Positions 37,504-47,470 of a stretch of DNA of 64,000 bases are shown here, piece after piece (the stretch's first letter is position 1; every line of letters starts with the position of its first letter). The stretch covers positions 4,192,436 to 4,256,435 of the forward strand of contig SMSO01000031.1 of the NCBI GenBank assembly GCA_004764695.1, written 5' to 3'. Below the pieces are notes generated by a model that made no database searches, had not been told where the DNA came from, and saw nothing but the letters and a program-made list of their open reading frames with translations. The position numbers were made by a program, and so were the translations under genes. The stretch comes from Schizochytrium sp. TIO01 (taxonomy: Eukaryota > Protista > Bigyra: Labyrinthulomycetes).

Positions 37504-40149
37504 ATGAGCAGCGGGAGGCCTGGAGCGCCAAGCTTTGCCTATAGCGAGAACAGGAAAGTGTCAGATGGGAATTTCTTAGATCTCTTGCAAAATGTGTCGT
37601 ATATTGGCGTCGATGATGGCAACGTGACCATGGGAATTACATTGTCAGAAGGCATCTTGGACAATCTCGATAGTGGCGATTCCGGACGAATATTAACTGT
37701 GGTCGCAGAGTCAAGCACAGTGCCACCGGGTGGTACTGTTCGCGGGCCACTTAATCTTATCCCATTTATAGATCTAGACTCACCATTTGTAGCAAATGTA
37801 GACTCAATTACAGCAGGAGCAAACCTCACAAACTTACACCTGAAAGGCTCATGCGCATACACGCGCACAGACCTGCTCACGACACCGATTATTGTGTATA
37901 CGAATTCCTTCGAATATAACACATCCTTGGATACCATTTATATCCTAGAAAACCGTTCACTGTATTACGATAGCCCTGCAGCAGATTACTTTGGGCTGGT
38001 GAACAACAGCACTGGCATTCCAGAGAATTGGAATTCCACCTTTGGTTCTGCTCCGGTCTTTTCAGAAGTGGGTTGGTTTGTATATAATTGCAGGGTCGAT
38101 TCATGGTACACTCCAAAGTGGTACGGCTCTGTGTTTCACGAGTTCCCGCGTTTTCATCAGGATAACTTCTTCGTGTATCCTGCCTCTTCTAGTCACAAAG
38201 ATTACATGATTAGTTTGTGTATCACAGCCGTGCCGCTTGTCTGTATAGGTGGACTTGTTGTTCTTTTTGAGCCGTTTGTACTTTTATTGAACAGCATTGG
38301 TAGGCTGCGATTCCTAATTCGTAGCAGATTCGTAAAGAAGAAACGTCAGCGTGAACACAAGAAACGCCGCTCGAAACAGGCGCAGCGTAGTGCTTATGCT
38401 GATGTTGCAAATCGAAATGGCCGCGCAAGGATGTCCCATCGATTTGGCGGGGAAAGATTGGCAATCGAGTTATCTCGATCAATTGGTAGAAGCAATTCAA
38501 AAGGTCTTCACACAAATGTGTCGTCCAACTATGAAGATGAAGACACAGACTCGGACTCAAGTGCGTTTGACCGTCCGCCTCGTACGAGCAGTAGTACTGT
38601 ATGTCGATGCTGTTCATGCTGTTGTTGTAAGAAAGAAACCACAGTTGACTCGCTGCAAGGGATTGCACAGTCACCGACCTCTCCTATGAGTGATGGAATG
38701 CAGTCGCGAGCGAGCGGAGTGTTGTCTCAAAATGGCTCCTCAGGACGAACATCAATGCACCTTCTCGGCCTTACAGCAAAAGAGAAGCGTAGAGAAGCGC
38801 TGCGACTTCGCATGGAGATCCTAGAGCTCAATGAAAAGTTGAGCAAAACTCTGCTGCCAAGCAGTTTTCTACGCCGTGCCTTCCTTATTCTGTTACTTAT
38901 TCTCGCTCTAGTGGAAGTGCCGGTAGGCATTACCCTTGCTCTCGCCTTCCATGACCTAACTGATGACTTCTATACAGAAGCTAAGCTTGCACAGGAATAT
39001 TTGACGAGTGCCCATGAGCTGGCGACAAATCGGCAATCTCGTGTCCAAGAATTTAGTTCTGCTTGTGGCTCTCTACTTTCCGACGCAGCACAGGAATTGA
39101 TTAGCACAGAACAAATTGAGCTCGCTGAGTATATTAACTTGGTAAGACCTTCGAATCTTGTACCGGCAGACGCTAACCTTCTAGGGGGGCTTCGCTACCT
39201 ACTCCTCATTGTTTGGCAAGGTCTGAACTCCCTCCTTTGCCTCATGGTGGTGGCGTCTATTTGGTCTGGGGTTTTGACTTACTGTCGATTCACGTGGGGT
39301 GACGAGAAAATCGTCTGCCAAAGGCCTTCATTCTTTCTTGGCCGATGCCTCCAACCATTTATCATAATTATCACTTCTTTGTGCTGGATTGCCATTGGAC
39401 TTTTCACGATCATCGTTTCTGTAATGTCTGATGCTTGCGCACAACCGAGTTTTGTTCAGGTTAATACAAGCCTAGCAAATTACCAAAGCTCTGCAGATGC
39501 CCAGTACAATGCGCAAATATATAATTTCCGTACGACATTCAGTCAGGTCTTGCGCGGTGACAACCGCACTCATATTGGTGCTGTGAGTTTTAACGTGGGG
39601 TCATTTCTCTCAAATTGTTATACTGCTGCTCTGATTTTTAATCCTTACACATATATATTGCAGCTCGCAAATGAAGCACATTTGGAAGTTGTTGAAAGCC
39701 TGGCTGGTCAGTCTATTTCCTGCGACTCGTCCAATTATACAGCCTCAGGTTTTTATAGCCCCGTAGAGCAGCATACCCGATGTGAGCAAATAGCTGATGG
39801 GTTTGGGGCAGCGATTACCAATTTGTGTCAAGAGCATGGTCTATGGCAACTCTTCACATTTTATGTGTCTCTGATTCTCTTTACACTTCTTTCCCTTATT
39901 GTGTACAGTAACTCGCGAGAGTTAACACCAAATCTTTTCCGTATGCACAACGGAAAATCACTCCAGGCTCGAATTCAGCAAATGCAGAGCAATCTGCGGG
40001 ACTTACTGCAGGATCAAGGTATAACTACCGATGCGTTCGTGCCTTCTCCAAACAGCCCTTACGACTCAACACGTTTGGACGATAATGGTAGAAATGCTCC
40101 TCTCTTCGACCATCGTCCGACGCGGAGTCGGGATTATGAAGTGGCTTAG
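37504..40149 (+). CDS. Tweety-like multi-pass membrane protein with long N-terminal extension
   Basis: Five hydrophobic helices. W..FHEFPRF..F..P....YMISL precedes TM1, LCWIAIG..SVMSDACAQP follows TM4 and NLC..HGL precedes TM5, paralleling Tweety motifs. Confidence 0.65.
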   Translation: MSSGRPGAPSFAYSENRKVSDGNFLDLLQNVSYIGVDDGNVTMGITLSEGILDNLDSGDSGRILTVVAESSTVPPGGTVRGPLNLIPFIDLDSPFVANVDSITAGANLTNLHLKGSCAYTRTDLLTTPIIVYTNSFEYNTSLDTIYILENRSLYYDSPAADYFGLVNNSTGIPENWNSTFGSAPVFSEVGWFVYNCRVDSWYTPKWYGSVFHEFPRFHQDNFFVYPASSSHKDYMISLCITAVPLVCIGGLVVLFEPFVLLLNSIGRLRFLIRSRFVKKKRQREHKKRRSKQAQRSAYADVANRNGRARMSHRFGGERLAIELSRSIGRSNSKGLHTNVSSNYEDEDTDSDSSAFDRPPRTSSSTVCRCCSCCCCKKETTVDSLQGIAQSPTSPMSDGMQSRASGVLSQNGSSGRTSMHLLGLTAKEKRREALRLRMEILELNEKLSKTLLPSSFLRRAFLILLLILALVEVPVGITLALAFHDLTDDFYTEAKLAQEYLTSAHELATNRQSRVQEFSSACGSLLSDAAQELISTEQIELAEYINLVRPSNLVPADANLLGGLRYLLLIVWQGLNSLLCLMVVASIWSGVLTYCRFTWGDEKIVCQRPSFFLGRCLQPFIIIITSLCWIAIGLFTIIVSVMSDACAQPSFVQVNTSLANYQSSADAQYNAQIYNFRTTFSQVLRGDNRTHIGAVSFNVGSFLSNCYTAALIFNPYTYILQLANEAHLEVVESLAGQSISCDSSNYTASGFYSPVEQHTRCEQIADGFGAAITNLCQEHGLWQLFTFYVSLILFTLLSLIVYSNSRELTPNLFRMHNGKSLQARIQQMQSNLRDLLQDQGITTDAFVPSPNSPYDSTRLDDNGRNAPLFDHRPTRSRDYEVA

Positions 40150-40578
40150 TGTAACAAGGTACCATCCTGCTAAACTTTCCTTTGCACAAATAGGACAGAT
40201 GTGCTGGTTTTACTTCTGGACTCCACAGCTTTCTAGCATATGATGAAAAGGTAAAGTCACGCTGTTAGAGTTTCTGCGCGCGTTTGTTAATCAATAAGAG
40301 TGTCAAAAACTTTGGTGATCGCCGAGCATTTAGAAATTGGGGATATTTCAATGAAAACCTGGTGCTATATCGTACATGTATGTCTCTGGGCTATTTATGT
40401 AGATGAAATGTATAACATTACCATAAACAGTGTTTCTTAATCATTCGAATTTGTGAGAAAAAAAGTGAAAAAAAGAGATATTATGTTATCTTTAAAGCAA
40501 GCGAGTGTGGTGACATTATTTCAAGAGCAGTAATAGAATTGCTTTGAGGGTAGTATGCATAAAGTGGAATCTTTTGAA

Positions 40579-41712
40579 CTAAAAGTTGAGAAGAAACTCA
40601 AACATGCCCTCACCCATGTTGGACATGTAAGAAACAGCGTTATGGTGGAGTCCAAAGTGGCAGTCGTCCTTGCGTTGCCAATTGCCGCAGGTTTTTACTA
40701 ACGGGGAGTAGGCCATAACAGCACGAGCCAAACGACTAATACCAGGAGCGTTCTTGCCAGCTTCGCCAAGTGGGATGCGGTGGAAATTCTCGCAAGGTAA
40801 GACATGAAACCATGTTGGGTGCGGAGAACGACGCATAGCTTCGTCGACCATAGACGGACCAGTAGAGCTAAGCACCTTGTGGCTCTTGCGACGTTCATAC
40901 ATAATCTTAAAGGTAATATTCCAGAACGGATCACCTTTAGGACCAGCCATGAGGCTGTTCTGAACCTCTTCATTGATCTTATAAGGGGACTCAATAAGGC
41001 TTACACGATCTTCCGGGATATGCTCCCAAAAGTTGGTAAACGGCTCATAATCTAGGTCGGCATAAAGACCACCATACTTGTAAAGTACAAAGTAGCGAGC
41101 AGCGTCAGCACGCTGAATGTTCATATAGAAGTTGTCGTAGGCCTCGAGGAACCATGAGAACTCATTTTTGATAAGCTCACGGGCACTCTCGTCAGTCCAC
41201 AACATATGAGTGTACTCTGGTTCAGGGTACAGAGTCTTCCACATGTTATGATATTTCGTAAAATCTCCGGCCGGAACAATGTCATTCTTCCATTGCTGAT
41301 GGATGATCTTAGGAATTCCATGCGGTTTCCTTGCATCGGTTATACCCACGCGTACTTCCTGTTGCAAACGATCGTGTGTATCTCGTGCCACAACACAGGG
41401 GTCTACGAAGAAAAGCCATGCAAAACTCAAGTAAATTACATTCAACAGCAGTAGGCCGGTTATTGCTAGGGCCAGCCAACGCAAAGATGCCTGCAATCTA
41501 TGTTGCAGAGTACGCGCAGGGGCTCCTCGCAGGTTGCCAAAGCCAATCTTGCTCACATCTTCGCTGTCGATGGCAGACAGTAAGTGAGCTCGTTCTTCTA
41601 CATCCTTTTCTGACGGGAGGTTTACATCGACTGTGACAGCAGGGCCGCCGTCGGAATCACCGCCTCCGACGTGCGTTCCGCTTGAAGCACGCCCAGTGCG
41701 CCGTGAAAGCAT
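40579..41712 (-). CDS. GT32 (SUR1/CSH1/OCH1-like) DXD glycosyltransferase, type II membrane protein
   Basis: Motifs IPKIIHQQWK, LWTD, RADAARYFVLYKYGGLYADLD and STGP; single N-terminal transmembrane helix. Confidence 0.92.
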   Translation of the reverse strand: MLSRRTGRASSGTHVGGGDSDGGPAVTVDVNLPSEKDVEERAHLLSAIDSEDVSKIGFGNLRGAPARTLQHRLQASLRWLALAITGLLLLNVIYLSFAWLFFVDPCVVARDTHDRLQQEVRVGITDARKPHGIPKIIHQQWKNDIVPAGDFTKYHNMWKTLYPEPEYTHMLWTDESARELIKNEFSWFLEAYDNFYMNIQRADAARYFVLYKYGGLYADLDYEPFTNFWEHIPEDRVSLIESPYKINEEVQNSLMAGPKGDPFWNITFKIMYERRKSHKVLSSTGPSMVDEAMRRSPHPTWFHVLPCENFHRIPLGEAGKNAPGISRLARAVMAYSPLVKTCGNWQRKDDCHFGLHHNAVSYMSNMGEGMFEFLLNF

Positions 41713-42196
41713 CGCTAAGAGGACAAATAATGAAGGTTTGCGATATTGGTGCACAAAGCATGTTTTTCTGACACCTCATCCGGTCTTATATATATATATA
41801 TAGTTTTTTAATTTAGATAAAATATTAATTAAGTTTTTACAAAAAATAATTAAAAAAAAAAAAAAAAGACTAAGTATCTATGTTAAACGAATATAGAACC
41901 TAGCATAGTACAAAAGACACCAAGCGGCAAGATGAGAGCAATGGAAGGTGATACAAAAGGAGGAGTAACTTGGACTGCAATATGTGATTTCGACCACCAA
42001 ATTATGGCCGCTTTTTGAATAAGAATGTCAAGAACATCCAGCAACAACACTCGAAAGGTGATTTAAGTGCAGCAGCCTTGAATATACCGAGGCTTACTAA
42101 ATTAGTCAAAACCTTTTCCCAACCTGGGGAGCTCTGCGTTTATTTATGTTACAGAATAGAATATTATAAATGAGACAGGGATGGCAAGCTAAGATA

Positions 42197-42428
42197 TCAA
42201 ATAACTTGCATATGGACTTGGGCTTGCCGTACTGACGAATTTTCTTCTGTCGCGGTGTCTTCCGTATCATTCGAAGAATTAGTAAAATGGAAGCTTCCTG
42301 ATGGGCTCCAGGCCATCTCTTGTACGGGAGTTGCGGCGTCAGTTGAGATGTCCGTGTCATTAGTGGGCTGTCTTGACGCATCAGCTGTAGGCGAATGCAT
42401 TTGAGATAGAACAGGAGAAGGGGAGGGA

Positions 42429-42462
<34 letters not shown>

Positions 42463-43498
42463 GCGATGAAGAAGAATCTTGGTGCAACGACAGATTTTCT
42501 CGCGGGTGATGGCTAATGTCATTGCGACACATGGGGCAAGTACCGTTTTCCTGAAGCCATGTGTCCACACAATTTTTATGAAAGAAGTGATTGCAAGGCA
42601 GACGGCGAAGATCTTCATTGTTCTCAAATTCGGCAAGGCAAATAGAGCACTCAAGAGAAAAGTTCTGCTCTATAAATGAGGCTTGATCAAATTTTACAAC
42701 AGGTAGATTTTGGATAGCCTTCTTATCAGCACCTTTGGGCTTAAGCCAAGCGTAAGGAAACCAAAAAGGTGCCACTAGCATGCCCACAACTACAAAGAAA
42801 ATGATCACAACAAAGTAGAAGAAGTCCAAGACAAAGAACTGAAGTGAAAAGAGTACCCAAAAGAGTACCCAAAAAGGTCCACCATCATTCGACACGATCG
42901 CACTAATGACACAGATCCACGGGCTCATATTTCGCATGCCCCCCACAAACTTTAGGAAACTAGTTTTGGGACGATATTCACAGCGCTGTATTCGAACGAG
43001 GATCTGCCATCGTAAAACTACCTGCAGCTGAAGAAGCAATAGGAGTACGATTGAAACTAAAGAGGTCGGTTCTGATAGTACTTCACCGAAGTGCGTGCCA
43101 ATGAGTACCGCTGTGCTAATCATACTTCCGAGAAAAACAACTGAAGCAGCAGTGAGAATCAATAAGGGATCGTGAGTAAAGAGTTGGAAAACCGTAGACA
43201 GCTTCTGCTCGTCTTCTACATAAGTGTAGTACTCACGCTCAGCTTGCGAAATTTCTCGTGGCGAAGAGGACGCTGCAACAGGTTCTTCTCGATCTGAATT
43301 CGAACTATTATACTGTCCTTGATGATTTAGTGGAGGAGTCTCAGTTGGAAAGCGAGGTGCTGTACTTGATGCTCCTGAGGTCATGGCGTCGTTGGTTCCG
43401 CTGTCATTCCGTATTAAAATCGTTGAAATCGAAGACAAAGTCCGCGACGGGCTCCTTGCTTCTCGCGGGGGAGCCATATCCGCGACAGGGATGAACAT
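42197..43498 (-). CDS. Multi-pass membrane RING-H2 E3 ubiquitin ligase
   Basis: GA..KAIQNLP followed by CSICLAEF....LRRLPCNHFFHKNCVDTWL..NGTCPMCR; several transmembrane helices upstream; poly-Ser from a (TCATCG)n tract. Confidence 0.92.
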
Positions 43499-44277
43499 TT
43501 GTTTAGGCTTTGCTTCTGCACGAATGAAATCTGTCAGACCTGTTCACGCGCTATCCGTTTCCACTTCAAACTTTTCCCTCTCTTGGTGTCTCTTGATCAC
43601 GCTATTGCGAAGAAGGTTCAAGGTCTGAAAGCAGCCTACCTAATACAGTGACACACGCAAAGTACCGAGTCGGAGACGCCCAAATGCTCGTTTTTCTTTT
43701 CGCTCTTGTATTGACCCAGTGCCACGCAAACTCAATGATGGGCCGTAAAAGCCCTTCAAAGTACCTCGCAAGTCTATTTGTCGAGACCCAGGCTGGGTTT
43801 GCTATCAGCTTGGCCTGCAAAGCGGTCTGTGAGTCCGCGTCCGCGTCCGAGCCTTGTCTTTGCTTTTCTTTCTTTTTTCAGACTTTGCAAAGAAAAAAAG
43901 AAAAAAAGGATAGTTCTTTCTAATTCTTTAGTCGCTGGGAAGGTTGTGGAACTACTAGCTTATTTTTCGAGTTGAACAAATGGACAAGCCAACTTACCTT
44001 ATTCGTAGTATAACCTACTTGCGCAAGTTAATACCGTGCAACTCACGCCGCCTGCCAAAGCCCGTATCAAGGTTCTGCCCCAGAGCCAGCTCAAGCACTT
44101 TGTCTCTTATTTTATGACCACTGTAGTATGTATACAGTGGGCTCTCTCTTGTAGGGTTATAGGGTTCGTTATTTTGGTTCATATTCGTGGTTTCCCTTAA
44201 AGATATCTGCGGCAGAATTTTCCTTTTGGCCTGAACGCTGTCCAAAGCTCTTATTATAGCACCTTCGCCACTGTCTT

Positions 44278-44305
44278 CAGCGCTGTCGAGCTCTCGACAG
44301 CGCTG
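44278..44305. other. Perfect GC-rich inverted repeat (13-bp arms, 2-nt spacer)
   Basis: CAGCGCTGTCGAG CT CTCGACAGCGCTG. Confidence 0.9.
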
Positions 44306-45258
44306 CACAGGAGAAGCTGACGCTTAGCATCAGTACTAACAGCACCACCAGCAGTACCAGTTAGGCTATATTATGGGGCTCTTAAGCGATTGCGGCCCGA
44401 GTTGCGGATTTTAAGGCGAGCAATAAGCAACCAAAAAACCGAAAATGAAGCTATATGCGAAGAAGTAATGCATGAGTTGAATTGTAAATAGTACTGAGTA
44501 TTTACAATGTCTACAAAATTTGCGATCGATTGGCCTTTCCCTTTTTTAAATTGGAATTCGGGTAGAGAAATTGAAACAGGCTTTCAAGCGACATTAGTTG
44601 CACATGGATTTGGACATCTGGCACAGTTCTCGACTCATCACACGAATAACCAATCTTTAAATGCATAAAAAATCGCTAGTTCTCGAATGGGAGTTTTATC
44701 AGATGCAGTGATGAAGCGAAATCGCAACAAGGTAGATAGTGTATTATTTGGGTGTCACACTATTATGCAAATGTGGATATCGTGATTTCTGCAATTAATG
44801 AGAACCACGGAAATTATGACCGATTGCTCGAAGCCTCGTGCTTGTTGTAGAATTCAAACCTGCGAACTCTGAGCCAGGGGTGAGTAGTAGTAATCTATTA
44901 CTAGTGACTGGCAATGCAGAGCAGAGATTGCTTGAGCAGCTCACAGTGATTTTCATTTTATAATGAAAAGTTATCTCCTATTTCTTTACTAATTTATTTC
45001 TTGATTTCTTGATTAAAAAATAATAATAATTAAAATTACAGACCAACGATATAGGTATTGATATCTCCCCTTATGTTTAGCTTAGCTAGCTTGTATCATA
45101 AGGCTTAATCGTTGATTCAATTGTTCAATTCATAATTACTGATTTAATTAGTAGTTTAGTTCGCTTCGATTATTTGTTCATTCGTTCTTCGGAGCACTCG
45201 CTCACCAAAAGCAATTGGAGCGCGGAGACCTCAATCTGTGGACTTCTGCTTGGCCACG

Positions 45259-46782
45259 ATGGATGTTGGGGATGCAGAGCGAATGTCGGACCTGGAGCAG
45301 GCGGCTCTGGACGGCCTTTCGAGCCCGATCGCCGGCGACGCGTCTACGGTGCTGACCTGTCGCGGCGGTGTTGAGCAAAGGGTGCAGGCCTCGGCATCAC
45401 TGCTTTCAAAGCGGCCTAATTTCGCAGCATACAAATGCGATGTCTGTGATAAGTATCCAATTCGAGGCTACAGATGGGAATGCACAGATTGTGTGGATTT
45501 TGACATGTGCAATTCGTGCCAAAAACAGCGAAATGGTGGACATAACCCGAGCCATTTGCTGGTCAGGTTTAAGGTTGCTACTGCAAATGCGGCTACGAAC
45601 TGGAGGGCAAAGGATAAAACAAAACCTGCGCCTGCGCTTACGCAACGCACCCTTAGCCGGATGCAGTCTGTGGATGGAAACAAATCTGTGACGACTCTCC
45701 GCAGTGAGATTGCTCGTCTTCAGATTAATCTACCTGGCAAAAAGATGGGATCCAAAAAGAGCGAGCTGGCTATGCGGCTGTTTGAGACAGGTGTAGATAC
45801 GTATGAAGTAACACTGGAGAATCTAAAGCTATCTAGCGAGGTTCCTGAGAGTGTGGAGAGGTTTTTTCTCATGAATGCGCTGATCATGGCAGATATTGTT
45901 CGGACAGGCACATTTGAAAGCCTCGAGGAGCCCACAGACGTGCACCCGGCTCCGCCCTTTGATGGGCCTCATATGGCAGCACTGCTGTGTGGAATGGTGC
46001 TTGAAATGACTCATCGTGATAAACATATTTTTGCATGGTTTAGTGCTCCCGTGCCCCGCGATGTGCCTCGTTATTATACGGAGATCAAGGAGCCCATGGA
46101 TCTTGCAACCCTCTCTGCCTCAATTACAAGCAAGGTCAAGGATGCTGCGAGTATTATGCAGAGTTCTCCAATAGACCTTTTGTCGGAAACTGTAGGGAAA
46201 CTGAACTTGATTTGGAGAAATGCTGTCCAGTTCAACCCATTCCAACATCCAGTTCATGAAGATGCTATTCTGTTCCGTCGCCTTCTCGGCGTCTGTTTGG
46301 CGAACTTGTTTTCAATGTATCCCCAGCTTGAGGAGAAATACTGCAAGGACCCAGATGCATTTCCGGTCCAAGGCCTCAATTATGAGGACATTAAACCAAG
46401 GCCTTTACCTAAGATCTCTTCCATGCCGAGTAACTCAGCTTTTCGAATGCCCTCATCATCGTCTACTGCTTCTTCTGTGTCTTCAGTCCAGCAGGTATCA
46501 GGATTTAAAGTAGCAAAGTCAGATCGCATCAAATTAGAGCGTAACGTATCAAGCAGTTCAGCTAAGGCGTCGCGCCGACGCGTTTCTCCAGCCGCCTTCC
46601 GTCGTGAGACGAGCGTATCATCAACAGGCTCTTCCCAGCAGGATTTCCAGCCACCCGCTAAAGTTCCCCGTTATAACACGAACACTGCTTCTATTGGCTC
46701 AGTCCGCGATGGTGTCTCACAATTACACGATCGCATTGATGAGGTTGAGCGGGTTTTGCAGCAAATTTTCCCTTCTGTATGA
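45259..46782 (+). CDS. ZZ zinc finger, SAP-like motif and bromodomain protein
   Basis: ZZ: CDVCDKYPIRGYRWECTDCVDFDMCNSC..GHNPSH. SAP-like: SVTTLRSEIARLQI..GSKKSELAMRL. Bromodomain: WFSAPV..VPRYYTEIKEPMDL...LIWRNAVQFN. Confidence 0.88.
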   Translation: MDVGDAERMSDLEQAALDGLSSPIAGDASTVLTCRGGVEQRVQASASLLSKRPNFAAYKCDVCDKYPIRGYRWECTDCVDFDMCNSCQKQRNGGHNPSHLLVRFKVATANAATNWRAKDKTKPAPALTQRTLSRMQSVDGNKSVTTLRSEIARLQINLPGKKMGSKKSELAMRLFETGVDTYEVTLENLKLSSEVPESVERFFLMNALIMADIVRTGTFESLEEPTDVHPAPPFDGPHMAALLCGMVLEMTHRDKHIFAWFSAPVPRDVPRYYTEIKEPMDLATLSASITSKVKDAASIMQSSPIDLLSETVGKLNLIWRNAVQFNPFQHPVHEDAILFRRLLGVCLANLFSMYPQLEEKYCKDPDAFPVQGLNYEDIKPRPLPKISSMPSNSAFRMPSSSSTASSVSSVQQVSGFKVAKSDRIKLERNVSSSSAKASRRRVSPAAFRRETSVSSTGSSQQDFQPPAKVPRYNTNTASIGSVRDGVSQLHDRIDEVERVLQQIFPSV

Positions 46783-47470
46783 AATGGAAATGCATCGTAC
46801 CAAACCTTAGACTCTACACTTTAGAACATTATACGTCTGGAGTCCTTCTTCGTCTTATTATAGATAATTGTCATTCTAAAATCCAAACAAATATATTCCG
46901 CGTAACCTGTTTTCGCGGCTTTCTCCATTGTACATTTCCTATTCTATCAAGGTTGTTTTGGCCTCTCATTTCGCTTTATTTTTCCAAGTGTTAGCATATT
47001 GCTTGACGATGATTCACGTGTTGATTGTTTTGATTGAGAGTTATGCAAATACTATTTTCAGGATGACAAGTAACTTTGTGCACCATTTCTGGCATAAGGA
47101 GAAAGAAAAACAACAATATCTTGAAAGTAATTAAATAGTACCTGGTACCCCAACTGGCAGCTCGAAGAAATGACGATTTCCCTCGATGAAGATATAAGGG
47201 TTGCTTAGCTTATGTTAATTCGTCCAAAATTGATTTCCTATCTTTTCATTCTTCTCATCCCCTTTTTTCACTTTCTGGCTGCATAAGATAAGTAGAGCTC
47301 TTGCCTTGCCATTAGAGTAACCTTTATGCATTTAGAAAGGCGAGAACCTACTAAGGCCCATGGAAAACGAAGCCAAAAAAATCCCAGGATACGTGACAAA
47401 GCTCATAGCAAATCAAATATGCCCAGACCAGCCATAGCAAGTGGATCTACCTTGCAGCAAGGCTTAGCAT

